Virus record (IMG/VR): IMGVR_UViG_3300021960_006627
Coordinates: 15,804 to 79,803 of that record
DNA: 64,000 bases
Reading direction: 5' to 3' (one strand)
Source: a virus
The position numbers were made by a program, and so were the translations under genes. A model generated the notes under the pieces. The model was not told the origin of the DNA. It made no database searches and saw only the letters and a list, made by a program, of their open reading frames with translations. Shown one piece after another: positions 10,550 through 19,344 of this stretch; position 1 is the first letter of the stretch; every line of letters starts with the position of its first letter.

Positions 10550-11179
10550 TTATGCTTCTGCTTTAGCCTTAGTTGTAGTCTTTTTCTTTGGCGGATCTAG
10601 TTCGTCTGCTTCTCTGCGTAAGCGAGCCGCTTCCTTGTACATAGCATCAGCCTGACTACGATATGACCTTGCAAGATCAGAGTCCGAAAGAACACCGTCA
10701 GTTGCAGGAGCCGCAATAGGCTCTTCACTAGGTGTTGTTTCTGGTACAACTGGTTCTGCCACAGTTTCACCTGCTTTTGGAGCACCACTAACAAATGTGT
10801 AAAGTTCATCAACTGCAACATTTTTTTGTTCTGCAATCAAAACGTTTAGTTCAGAAAGAGCAATCTCTTGTGTTGGAGTTGGAGTCATCATTACAGTATC
10901 AGTATCTACTTTCTTAAGTCTTCCCTGTTGCTGAACTCTCTGTAGCATAGGAGTCCCATCAGAGAAATACTTATGGAACATGATCTCACCAAGTTCAAAT
11001 GTTTCTTGCGCTTGTTCTGATTCAATCAGTTTCATTAGTCCATCATGATATTCATCTGGTAAAGTTGCTGTTGGTAATACCAACGCTTTGTTTGACTCAC
11101 CCGGTACGGTTCTAAAAACCACGGCAACTTTATCGCCGGTATTTTTCATTTTACCTACGTGTTTTGTTGTTTTAGCCAT
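10550..11179 (-). CDS. hypothetical protein
   Basis: 209-aa ORF overlapping the upstream gene. Confidence 0.75.
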   Translation of the reverse strand: MAKTTKHVGKMKNTGDKVAVVFRTVPGESNKALVLPTATLPDEYHDGLMKLIESEQAQETFELGEIMFHKYFSDGTPMLQRVQQQGRLKKVDTDTVMMTPTPTQEIALSELNVLIAEQKNVAVDELYTFVSGAPKAGETVAEPVVPETTPSEEPIAAPATDGVLSDSDLARSYRSQADAMYKEAARLRREADELDPPKKKTTTKAKAEA

Positions 11180-11483
11180 TGTTCTCTTCCTTAGGTTCTT
11201 GATTTGCTTGTTGTTGTTTTGTTACATGATCTAGGAATGCTGTAAGTTTATTATATGTCTTACCAACTGCTTCTAGTTCATTTGCCTTAAATGCACCTCT
11301 TTGTGTAGCAATATCAATAATGCTACGAACTGAATTTAGATCGCTAACATTAAGATCTGGTGCTACAGGTGCCTGTGCATTTTGTGCGTCGGGTGTAGGA
11401 ACGGGTCCTGATCCTGCCGCAGGTTGTGTATCTTGTTTTGGAGTTGATTGTTCTGTATCAACTGCTTTTGCTTCTTCTGCCAT
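11172..11483 (-). CDS. hypothetical protein
   Basis: AAGGAG SD; low-complexity N-terminus. Confidence 0.75.
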   Translation of the reverse strand: MAEEAKAVDTEQSTPKQDTQPAAGSGPVPTPDAQNAQAPVAPDLNVSDLNSVRSIIDIATQRGAFKANELEAVGKTYNKLTAFLDHVTKQQQANQEPKEENNG

Positions 11484-11484
11484 A

Positions 11485-11760
11485 TTAGTTTCTCCTTAAG
11501 TATGGGCAACCTAACATAAAGTAGGTTAGTTCTTTTTCATCTTCAAAACCCACAAACGTAGAGTTTTTGAATCTGTTTCCATTATCAATGGAAGGATAAT
11601 TTACAATACAATATCTTCCATTCAATTTCGCCTTGATCCATCCAACAATATTGCTGTCATATCTTTCCCCATCCGAAATTTTGATGGTAGAAAAATGAGG
11701 AGGTAACGTTTTGCTTTCACGCACATTAAGCACGTCTAATGGATTAAGTTCTATCATCAT
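11485..11760 (-). CDS. hypothetical protein
   Basis: ORF starting 4 nt after a TAAATA motif. Confidence 0.7.
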   Translation of the reverse strand: MMIELNPLDVLNVRESKTLPPHFSTIKISDGERYDSNIVGWIKAKLNGRYCIVNYPSIDNGNRFKNSTFVGFEDEKELTYFMLGCPYLRRN

Positions 11761-11792
11761 AAAATATTTATTAACTGCTACTATAATTCTGA

Positions 11793-12185
11793 TTAATCTT
11801 GGCTGAGTCTTTTGGATAGTGCTTTGTTGTATCCCATCTTTTTAACATCACCCGAAAACAAATAAAGTTCAAAAGCGGCTTTTTCCTTTAAAACTGTAAT
11901 TGATTTCTTAGTAATATAATACGGAGATTCGATGAAATTGTCAAGCCATAAAAGCACTTGTGGAGTAATTGAGAAGTCTTTTGGAAAATCAATCTTATAA
12001 ATTTTTATTTTGGCAATTAATTCTATATACTTAATTGCATCGTCAGTTAATCTTAATCCACCAGAATCCTTGCTTCTGATATTCCACCACCATACTAATT
12101 TGTGTTTTTTTATTTCTTCTTCGGTAATTGGATCGTGATTTGCTGCTTTTAAAAATGTTTCCGTGTATTGGTCTTTAACATCCAT
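11793..12185 (-). CDS. hypothetical protein
   Basis: start moved to MDVKDQ, just after the upstream stop. Confidence 0.7.
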   Translation of the reverse strand: MDVKDQYTETFLKAANHDPITEEEIKKHKLVWWWNIRSKDSGGLRLTDDAIKYIELIAKIKIYKIDFPKDFSITPQVLLWLDNFIESPYYITKKSITVLKEKAAFELYLFSGDVKKMGYNKALSKRLSQD

Positions 12186-12186
12186 T

Positions 12187-12471
12187 TCATTTTTCTTTTG
12201 CACCATCAGTAAGTTTATAAACTCCAAACTCATCTGTTTTAAAAAGTCTGTTTAATTTTTTTGCAAGATTTCTAGCATGACCTGGATTTGAAAAGGAAAC
12301 TTTTTTATACTTAGGTCCAGGATAACTGGATACCATGCTGCCGCTCTTAAGATTGAAAGGTTTTCCTTGGTAGAAAACTGCCCATATGGCTTCGCTCTCA
12401 AGTATCTGTTCTAATTTATATGTTTCTCGATTTGTATGTTCGAGTATAACATTAGGTTTAGGTCTGCTCAT
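12187..12471 (-). CDS. hypothetical protein
   Basis: 94-aa basic ORF with SD and TAAATA upstream. Confidence 0.75.
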   Translation of the reverse strand: MSRPKPNVILEHTNRETYKLEQILESEAIWAVFYQGKPFNLKSGSMVSSYPGPKYKKVSFSNPGHARNLAKKLNRLFKTDEFGVYKLTDGAKEK

Positions 12472-12508
12472 TATATACGTAATCCTTTATTAACTACGTA
12501 TATATTTA
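12472..12508 (-). promoter_or_regulatory. late promoter overlapping an RBS-enclosing hairpin
   Basis: TAAATA at 12503-12508; 10-bp arms TATATACGTA/TACGTATATA (12472-12481, 12495-12504); SD lies in the loop. Confidence 0.6.
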
Positions 12509-12514
12509 TCCTTT

Positions 12515-12763
12515 TTAGAAAGATCCCCCGTCCATCTTTACATCTACTTCAGTAGTTGATTGCTTTAAATCCTGTAGCATTTGATGTATTTCACCCACTG
12601 TTTTTCCTAGTTTTGACGTTATGAGTGCTAGTTCAGTAGTAAGGGCTCTTGCTTCTTCAATACTGATTCTAATCTCTTTTTGTTGTGATTTTTCCGCAAC
12701 AGCCGCACGCTGTAACAGCCTCTCAACGCTGGGTAATGAATCGGGTATGTTATTTTGAGACAT
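12515..12763 (-). CDS. hypothetical protein
   Basis: packed ORF. Confidence 0.7.
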   Translation of the reverse strand: MSQNNIPDSLPSVERLLQRAAVAEKSQQKEIRISIEEARALTTELALITSKLGKTVGEIHQMLQDLKQSTTEVDVKMDGGSF

Positions 12764-13223
12764 TTGCTAGTACCTGTTTCATTTCTATGTCTGTTTTAAA
12801 TGGGCCTCTATATTCATAGCGTTGTAGTGTTATAAGTTTAGGACAGAAACTTTTTACCCATCCTTTTTCAAATTTAATGGTATAATATCCTGCACAGTAT
12901 AGACTCTTACTATCCTTGCTCTTTGTGAATAACGGAAGTTTCTTTTGTATATCGTACATGCTATTGTGTGGTTTAGTACTGCAAGAATATCCATGAACTT
13001 CATTTGGAAGCGAATTATCTGCTTCTTTAATAATCTTTGCAAAAAATCCCTTGCCAAATTGTTGTGTTACGCTTTCTTTATTATTAAAAACTTTCACACC
13101 TTGTTCATTGCTCAATATAAATTTATTTTCTTCGTTCTTTCTAAGTGTTGCTACCTTAAATCCATCTTCTTCTACGATCCAAAATTTGTTTGCAATAATT
13201 GGTTTTGCTTGAATGATAGTCAT
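12750..13223 (-). CDS. hypothetical protein
   Basis: packed ORF, GAGG SD. Confidence 0.75.
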   Translation of the reverse strand: MTIIQAKPIIANKFWIVEEDGFKVATLRKNEENKFILSNEQGVKVFNNKESVTQQFGKGFFAKIIKEADNSLPNEVHGYSCSTKPHNSMYDIQKKLPLFTKSKDSKSLYCAGYYTIKFEKGWVKSFCPKLITLQRYEYRGPFKTDIEMKQVLANVSK

Positions 13224-14215
13224 CCGTTATACCTCGCATTTAATGGCTCAGAATAAGCCTGTGCTTGATCTGAAATCTTTTTCAAATCATAAAGGTGACA
13301 AAACTTCATTAGTCTAATACCCACCTGGCTTATATTTTTATCTGCTGAAACAGCCTTGTTAATAGTTTCCTTAATAATTTCTTTTATATCATTAGGTTGA
13401 TGAGCTAAATCTATTAGCACTCTATTTCTTTCATAGTCTTCAAGAACTCGATGCTCTTTACCATTATGATCAACCCAACGTTGTAACATAAGATTGTTCC
13501 AACTAAATCCTTTAGTTTGCCTGTCATTAAATGCTTCTTGTAAGCCCACTTTGTTTTTAGTGCCTTTTGTACGCACACCTGGATAAGCACTGAATACATT
13601 ATCACTAGTGTCACCTCTCATGCATTTTTCAAATAGTAACCATTCTGGATTAGGAACGGCCTTAGGTTCTTTAGTTTTTTTATCAATTACAACTTGTCCT
13701 TTTTTATCAAAGAAGCCTTCGTGTGTTGTTGTGATTTCTTGCACACCATTGTATAGTTTTACATTAGGTGCAATTAACTGTTGAAAGTCTGTGTCTGTTG
13801 AAATAATCACGTGTTTGCTATCAGGATGTTGCTGTATCCAGCCTGCAATAAGATCATCTGCTTCCAGTTGTGGGTGCTGTAGTACCGTGCAGTTAGTCTT
13901 ATCTGTTACGAATTCCTTAAATGTATCAAACGCTTCCCAGAATACAGTTTCCTCATCCTGCTGTTTTTCAGTAAGAGCATCACGTGCTTCTTGCCTATTA
14001 CGCTTGTAAGGCTCATAATGGTCCTTACGCCAACTGCGTCCTTCTAAGCAAAACACAACATGACTGCCATTAAAATCTTGCCAAGCCTTCTTGATGCTGT
14101 TTAGCGTGATATGAAAAGCCATGCCCAACTTAATGTCAGCATCTCCATTTATTACATGCCTCGCACGAAAGAACGTGTTCGCAGTATCTACTATTATATG
14201 ACACATTTTACTCAT
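13220..14215 (-). CDS. rnh: T4-type RNase H / 5'-3' exonuclease (FEN family)
   Basis: IIVDTAN, SWRKDHYEPYKRNR, EADDLIA, ISTDTDFQQL, GDTSDNV. Confidence 0.9.
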   Translation of the reverse strand: MSKMCHIIVDTANTFFRARHVINGDADIKLGMAFHITLNSIKKAWQDFNGSHVVFCLEGRSWRKDHYEPYKRNRQEARDALTEKQQDEETVFWEAFDTFKEFVTDKTNCTVLQHPQLEADDLIAGWIQQHPDSKHVIISTDTDFQQLIAPNVKLYNGVQEITTTHEGFFDKKGQVVIDKKTKEPKAVPNPEWLLFEKCMRGDTSDNVFSAYPGVRTKGTKNKVGLQEAFNDRQTKGFSWNNLMLQRWVDHNGKEHRVLEDYERNRVLIDLAHQPNDIKEIIKETINKAVSADKNISQVGIRLMKFCHLYDLKKISDQAQAYSEPLNARYNG

Positions 14216-14561
14216 TATCTCTTTTAACAGCACTGGCATCTATGCTACCAGTGTCAAGTGGTCCTCCGTAGTCACCATCGACTACAACGTTTGCACAAAG
14301 TTCTCGGAACCAACGATCAACAATTTCCTCATCCTTGTCGCCTTCTACTCCGTAACCCTGTTGTTTTAATTGTACTATGAAATGTTCATTCCAGTCAAGT
14401 TCAAAAAAGCCATTTCGAACATTTTCCTTATTAACGTGAGTATTCAAAACACCCACCCAAGGTTCCTTCTTCATCGTTGCCTTTTCCTTTTCTGTAAGTC
14501 CAGGCTTAGATGTGTCCGGCTCTTTCTTCTTGAACATTTTCTTTATAAAGTCCATACTCAT
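14208..14561 (-). CDS. hypothetical protein
   Basis: packed ORF. Confidence 0.7.
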   Translation of the reverse strand: MSMDFIKKMFKKKEPDTSKPGLTEKEKATMKKEPWVGVLNTHVNKENVRNGFFELDWNEHFIVQLKQQGYGVEGDKDEEIVDRWFRELCANVVVDGDYGGPLDTGSIDASAVKRDNE

Positions 14562-14564
14562 TCC

Positions 14565-15485
14565 TTATGTTCCGATCGCATTACCAAAAAGATAAACATG
14601 AACCCTTGCCGCCACGTTGTATCCTCTTTGGAAAGCCATCTTAGCAACTGCTCCGGCCGTTGCTGTTTGTTCTTCTTCTCTGGCACCAACGGGCATTACC
14701 CATATTGGATAATCAACACCCTGTGCCTTAAATTGTGCGATGACACTCTCCATCTCATCCCACTGTTGCTGTTCGGAACCTACAACAAATTTTAGTTGTC
14801 CTCTGTCACTCAAACTTCTGTATTCTGCTACCACTTCAGGCTTAATCGCCTTCTTCGCAGTCTCACCTGCCACCGTCCATAGTTTAGGACTCACACTAAA
14901 GAACAATTCAACGTCCTTGGTAACTTCGTTATCCACGTGCCAAAAGTCCTTGAACTCCTGTGTAAGTGCCTGTGTGCCGTTAGTTTCAAACGTAACACTT
15001 GCTGGCATATTGTTTAATCTTTTAAATTCTGTCATGATACCGATGAACGCTTCCTGTGCGTGTTTCATCAGCGGCTCGCCGCCCGTAACACAGAAGTGCT
15101 GTCTCTGTCCTGTTACAGGATGTAAAAATAAACCTTCTGGATTACTATCCGTTCTAAGTGTGTCAATTAGTTGATGTGCAAGTTCAACTGCGGTCTTTTG
15201 CCCCATTAGGTGCTTAAACTTCTTGCTCCACGTGTAACTGCTGTCACAACCCTTATCCCATACAGGCAAATCTTCAACACGAGTTACCGTGCTTGTGTCA
15301 AACTTTTCAAACGGCAAATCATGAGTATCAGGATTAGTAGGATCAGTCTGTCCAAAACCATTGCACTGTAGATTGCACAAAAAGAAACGCACCCAAGCAG
15401 TGGGCACACCCGTGTAATGTCCTTCACCCTGTATGCTGTGAAAGATTTCGCTATAGTAATATTTCTTGTCAGTTGCTATTGTCAT
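14565..15485 (-). CDS. queE: 7-carboxy-7-deazaguanine synthase (QueE-type radical SAM)
   Basis: SEIFHSIQGEG, VRFFLCNLQC...GCDS, TGGEPL, ETNGT, SVSPKL, LKFVV, RVH. Confidence 0.85.
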   Translation of the reverse strand: MTIATDKKYYYSEIFHSIQGEGHYTGVPTAWVRFFLCNLQCNGFGQTDPTNPDTHDLPFEKFDTSTVTRVEDLPVWDKGCDSSYTWSKKFKHLMGQKTAVELAHQLIDTLRTDSNPEGLFLHPVTGQRQHFCVTGGEPLMKHAQEAFIGIMTEFKRLNNMPASVTFETNGTQALTQEFKDFWHVDNEVTKDVELFFSVSPKLWTVAGETAKKAIKPEVVAEYRSLSDRGQLKFVVGSEQQQWDEMESVIAQFKAQGVDYPIWVMPVGAREEEQTATAGAVAKMAFQRGYNVAARVHVYLFGNAIGT

Positions 15486-15684
15486 TATCTATATTATACG
15501 CTTTCTGTCCTGAATTGTCAAGAACTTTCTTGAGTGACCACGTGCCATTGCCGTTATCAGCCCAATCCAAAGTATCTCCAATTTGCCATCCAATTGATTC
15601 AAGCATATCCGGGGGAAGTGGCAAAACCAAATTGTCCTCATCCTCCGGATCCTGCTCCACTGTTACGGTCCAAGTCTTGGACAT
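15469..15684 (-). CDS. AbrB/MazE-like swapped-hairpin DNA-binding protein
   Basis: LVLPLPPDMLESIGWQIGDTLDW pattern. Confidence 0.6.
   Translation of the reverse strand: MSKTWTVTVEQDPEDEDNLVLPLPPDMLESIGWQIGDTLDWADNGNGTWSLKKVLDNSGQKAYNIDNDNSN
15493..15521 (-). promoter_or_regulatory. consensus sigma70 promoter for queE (likely leaderless)
   Basis: TTGACA-17-TATAAT, 7 nt before the ATG. Confidence 0.8.
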
Positions 15685-15695
15685 GTTTCAACTCC

Positions 15696-15914
15696 TTATT
15701 CGATGAAGTATTTTTTCAAGACTGACAGTTGATCATCATATTCCGCAATAATTTTCAACTCCTTCTCGATCGCTTCCAAAATGTCTGGATGCTCACCAAC
15801 GCCCGCAGCACGTTTTAGATAGACTTCAACGTTCATTGCGTGTTTGGCAATATGACCTTCCGCATGCTGTTTAATAGCGTTGATCATATTATCTCGATTG
15901 TATTCCTTAGCCAT
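15696..15914 (-). CDS. hypothetical protein
   Basis: AAGGAG SD before MAKEY. Confidence 0.7.
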   Translation of the reverse strand: MAKEYNRDNMINAIKQHAEGHIAKHAMNVEVYLKRAAGVGEHPDILEAIEKELKIIAEYDDQLSVLKKYFIE

Positions 15915-15925
15915 TGTTTTCTCCT

Positions 15926-16330
15926 TTAACACCCTTCACCATTCACAATGTCTTCTATGTCCATTTGTGATGGATCGGGTTCATTTTTTCTGTAATTGCC
16001 CTTTTCGGGTATTACGTGTCTTACTCCACCCCGAGGATCTTCCATGTCACCCTTGCGGCGTGGGATTAGATGTACGTGTGGCCACATGACTGTTTGTCCT
16101 GCTGCCTCACCGATGTTCTGCCCTAAGTTATAGGCATCACAGTATCCCCTTTGCACCCAATCGTATCCCCAGGCATATGCGGCCTTGTAACAGGCAGCAA
16201 GTTTATCCCAGGTTTCTTCCTTGGGCACAAAAAGAATGTGTCCTTCCGTTACCGGAAAACCATCCTTAAAAACGGTAAAATCTCTCGTGTCAATCACGAT
16301 GTCCGTCCAAGGTATGTCCTTAAATTCCAT
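15926..16330 (-). CDS. HIT-family nucleotide hydrolase
   Basis: DGFPVTEGHILFVPK, GEAAGQTVMWPHVHLIPR. Confidence 0.9.
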   Translation of the reverse strand: MEFKDIPWTDIVIDTRDFTVFKDGFPVTEGHILFVPKEETWDKLAACYKAAYAWGYDWVQRGYCDAYNLGQNIGEAAGQTVMWPHVHLIPRRKGDMEDPRGGVRHVIPEKGNYRKNEPDPSQMDIEDIVNGEGC

Positions 16331-16656
16331 TATTCAGTCTCAACCTCTGCAATGTGTTCCTCGAATTCCTCATAACCATACCAAGACTTTAGGTCCTCCG
16401 CAAAGTCATCATCCTTCTTGGCCCACTGCCAAATGGCGTCCTGTTGGTCTTGTTTGAGTTCATTGAAACTGGCTCGGAAGTATCCTGCCTGCTCGGCGCT
16501 GGCTTCCTCACGAAGTTCTTCCGCTGATGCCCAATCCTCTTCCTCATCACTCTCGCTCAATTCGTCAGCCTCAACCCAACTGTCCCAAGCGGCCGAGTGT
16601 GCTTCTTCATTTAGATTGCTTATGATGCTATGAGCCTCATCCTTGCTTATTGTCAT
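16330..16656 (-). CDS. highly acidic hypothetical protein
   Basis: D/E/W-rich 108-aa ORF. Confidence 0.65.
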   Translation of the reverse strand: MTISKDEAHSIISNLNEEAHSAAWDSWVEADELSESDEEEDWASAEELREEASAEQAGYFRASFNELKQDQQDAIWQWAKKDDDFAEDLKSWYGYEEFEEHIAEVETE

Positions 16657-16801
16657 TCATGTACTCCCTTTTGTACCATTTATAAAATTCTGGATTCTCA
16701 TTAAAAATTAGTGGAATTTGATCCGCTGGAACCTGCTCGGATCTAATGCAGGTTGCGAGTGCTTCCCAATCTTCCTTTCTGTAGATAACCTTGATTGCCA
16801 T
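16637..16801 (-). CDS. small hypothetical protein (not in ORF track)
   Basis: MAIKVIYRKEDWEALATCIRSEQVP...KQG, 54 aa, fills the gap exactly. Confidence 0.6.
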   Translation of the reverse strand: MAIKVIYRKEDWEALATCIRSEQVPADQIPLIFNENPEFYKWYKREYMNDNKQG

Positions 16802-17032
16802 CTAAAACCCCCTACCTCTGTTTATTTGATATACCTTTGGACCGGGTGTTGTAAATTCAAAACCCATCTTGTTGCCAACATAAACTCTACCATTGTATTC
16901 CATGTGAATCTTGTTTGTTGCTAACCAAATATCTAAAAATTGTTTTTCTTCAAATCTTTCAACTTCTGCTTCTGCTACCTTGTCATTGTCAGTGCAGGTT
17001 ACGGTGCAGGTTTTATCGTATTCTGTTGGCAT
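16802..17032 (-). CDS. hypothetical protein
   Basis: start MPTEY coupled to the upstream stop. Confidence 0.65.
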   Translation of the reverse strand: MPTEYDKTCTVTCTDNDKVAEAEVERFEEKQFLDIWLATNKIHMEYNGRVYVGNKMGFEFTTPGPKVYQINRGRGF

Positions 17033-17589
17033 TAATATTCTCCTACGTTTTCCCAAGGATAAACTAACCATACATCTTCCTCGGCTTTGTTTACTTCATT
17101 ACAATAGTACGAAACACCATCAAAATTACTTGCTAGATTTTCTGTTAATACTGCGAAACGTACATTGTCTCCCCAAATCTGATCCCATACAGGACTATGT
17201 GATAAACAACTGCTCTTCCAATCTTGTTTAATCCAATTAAATGTTGCACCAGTATCATTAATGTCGTCTATGATAAGAATGTTCTTGCCCATTGGCGTAT
17301 TTTTAAACTGTCCCATCTCCGGAGCAAATGATCCTTCGTTGTCATAACCGTAGGCATCCTCGGCCATCCAAGCATTGCTTTCTAAATGGCTTGTATCATC
17401 ACGTAGTGCAACCTTGAGTGCTTCACAACGAATGCCTGTCATATTACTAATAATAGTAGCAGGAACATTACCTCCACGTGTAATGCCCACGATGTAGTCT
17501 GGCTTCCAGTTATCCTTGTACATTTGTGTGACTATATTTACACACATTTTTTCTACGTCCTGCCATGTGTAATAAACTTTTTTAACCAT
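17032..17589 (-). CDS. type I purine phosphoribosyltransferase (Gpt-like)
   Basis: IVGITRGG, ILIIDDINDTGAT PRPP loop, WLVYPWE. Confidence 0.85.
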   Translation of the reverse strand: MVKKVYYTWQDVEKMCVNIVTQMYKDNWKPDYIVGITRGGNVPATIISNMTGIRCEALKVALRDDTSHLESNAWMAEDAYGYDNEGSFAPEMGQFKNTPMGKNILIIDDINDTGATFNWIKQDWKSSCLSHSPVWDQIWGDNVRFAVLTENLASNFDGVSYYCNEVNKAEEDVWLVYPWENVGEY

Positions 17590-17890
17590 TTTGCTCCCCT
17601 AGAGTAAAATCAATTTTCTTTACATTTGCCCAGAGGAAACTTCTCCAGCCCTTGGCATTAACATCATAAACAGCCAATGACGTAGGAACTTTATCTTCCT
17701 TTTTATCTTCTGTTACCTGGGTCTTGGGATGAAACTCTTTTGGTATTAGATCAAAGTTAAGAGTGGAATTCATTTTTCTTTCCTCGCCATCCTTTTTAGT
17801 AAAGGTAACAACTACTTCCTGCTTCCTTAGAAGACCCAATAACCAATCACGTCCCTCAGGCGTGTCTATTTCATTATGTGTTTCTTGCAT
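17582..17890 (-). CDS. SH3/Sm-like beta-barrel protein (WYL_2-like)
   Basis: VTFTKKDGEERKM..T...VYDVNAKGWRSF. Confidence 0.6.
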   Translation of the reverse strand: MQETHNEIDTPEGRDWLLGLLRKQEVVVTFTKKDGEERKMNSTLNFDLIPKEFHPKTQVTEDKKEDKVPTSLAVYDVNAKGWRSFLWANVKKIDFTLGEQNG

Positions 17891-18371
17891 TCAAATATTC
17901 CTCATTGTGTATCCACTTGTAACCACGGTCCATGTCTTCTGTATCGACGTATGGAAGGAATCCCCATTCCTTCTTTTTCTTGCCCATGAAGAACAGGCTC
18001 CAGCACGGAATCTCATTTCCCGCTTCATCCTTCTCCAGTTCAAGCCAGTGTAGATCATCTGCTGATCTAATGCGGAAGTGTCCAGGACCTCTCCATACTC
18101 TGGTGCTGCCTATCACGCCTCCCGTTGTTTCGTTGGTTAGTGGAATGTGTTCCCAGTATCCACCCTTTAGTATCAGTGTTGCATATCCCCAGGGATGATC
18201 GTGTAGCACGGGTTCATCACTTACCATTACCTTGTGAAGGGTAATGTTGAAAGGAAAACGATTCCTGTCCTTTAAAAAAACATAATAGCGGTCAAGATAG
18301 GGTATCTTGCCGTCTCTGTCATATATGGTTCGCTTGCGACCAATCTTATCAAGCAGTTTCAAAAACATCAA
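17874..18371 (-). CDS. cupin-like protein
   Basis: LHDHPW..LILKGGYWE...HWLEL. Confidence 0.55.
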   Translation of the reverse strand: MMFLKLLDKIGRKRTIYDRDGKIPYLDRYYVFLKDRNRFPFNITLHKVMVSDEPVLHDHPWGYATLILKGGYWEHIPLTNETTGGVIGSTRVWRGPGHFRIRSADDLHWLELEKDEAGNEIPCWSLFFMGKKKKEWGFLPYVDTEDMDRGYKWIHNEEYLNARNT

Positions 18372-18783
18372 TGCCTCTTTCTTTTAGATAGCGTTTCAGT
18401 TCCTTGTCCGTGGGCTGAACGCCATAGTTTTGCTTGAAAAATATCTCGTAACTATCACTGCCATACTTTCCAATGCCATATAACATTGTAGCATCATTTC
18501 CGTCCCATGTCAAGTAGTCTTGTGACATTTGGCGCAGAGCACGTTCTCGCCTGTTATAAAAGCCCAATTCTCGTATGATTTCTATCACCTGTTCTGGTGT
18601 GCTTTTTAGGAACTTTCGTGGAGTATTCCATTTGGATAGGAATTTTGGAAGCACTCGCTTTACCTGCACTCGATCAGTTTGGTTGAGCATGATCACTCCA
18701 ACCATGTGCTGCCAGGCGCCATCAATCTGTTCCTGCACCATTAGATCATCACGCAAGGGTTTTCCAGGGCTGAACTTTCGCAT
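18349..18783 (-). CDS. HhH-GPD DNA glycosylase, MBD4-like
   Basis: IMLNQT, LGFYNRR, LYGIGKYGSDSYEIF, PTDKEL. Confidence 0.8.
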   Translation of the reverse strand: MRKFSPGKPLRDDLMVQEQIDGAWQHMVGVIMLNQTDRVQVKRVLPKFLSKWNTPRKFLKSTPEQVIEIIRELGFYNRRERALRQMSQDYLTWDGNDATMLYGIGKYGSDSYEIFFKQNYGVQPTDKELKRYLKERGIDVFETA

Positions 18784-18946
18784 ATACTTCCTTCACTCTC
18801 TTGTTATACTCGTCCTCGTTAACAGCAAGATTATTTAGGTGCTGTTTCCAAATCCTCTTCATATCGTCCGATATGTTCGGAGTTGCAAGTATTAGTTTTA
18901 GATTCTTACAACGCTTCTGCTGTAGTTCTTCCGAATAAGGTCCCAT
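18749..18946 (-). CDS. hypothetical protein
   Basis: packed ORF. Confidence 0.6.
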   Translation of the reverse strand: MGPYSEELQQKRCKNLKLILATPNISDDMKRIWKQHLNNLAVNEDEYNKRVKEVYAKVQPWKTLA

Positions 18947-19142
18947 AGTCTATTCCTTTCATTGGACAGTGCTTTCTGCTCAGCCTTACCTTGTGAGGAG
19001 TAAGGTCATGTAGTGTGGTCATATCGACTAACTTAATACCACGCAAATTATACATCAGTGCTTCGTTGGGTGTTAGAATCTTGATGTCCGTTTGTGTCTT
19101 CTGTGGTTGAACGGCATACACTCGTTCTTGGTTAAGATTCAT
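18906..19142 (-). CDS. hypothetical protein
   Basis: packed ORF. Confidence 0.5.
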   Translation of the reverse strand: MNLNQERVYAVQPQKTQTDIKILTPNEALMYNLRGIKLVDMTTLHDLTPHKVRLSRKHCPMKGIDYGTLFGRTTAEAL

Positions 19143-19333
19143 TATACCAACTCCTCTGCAATGCCTAGTATTTCAGCCGCAGCAAGAGCCAGTGCAAGTA
19201 ATACTATTGAACCCGTATAGACTGCAACCAAACAACCTATCAGTCTTAAGCCGCTTTTAATTAAACTTACATAAAAATGTCCCTTGCCTGGATCTTTGGC
19301 TGCTGGAACATATACTCTTTCTGGTATTGGCAT
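19142..19333 (-). CDS. small membrane protein
   Basis: hydrophobic C-terminal half; AAGGAG SD. Confidence 0.65.
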   Translation of the reverse strand: MPIPERVYVPAAKDPGKGHFYVSLIKSGLRLIGCLVAVYTGSIVLLALALAAAEILGIAEELV

Positions 19334-19344
19334 ATTTAATCTCC

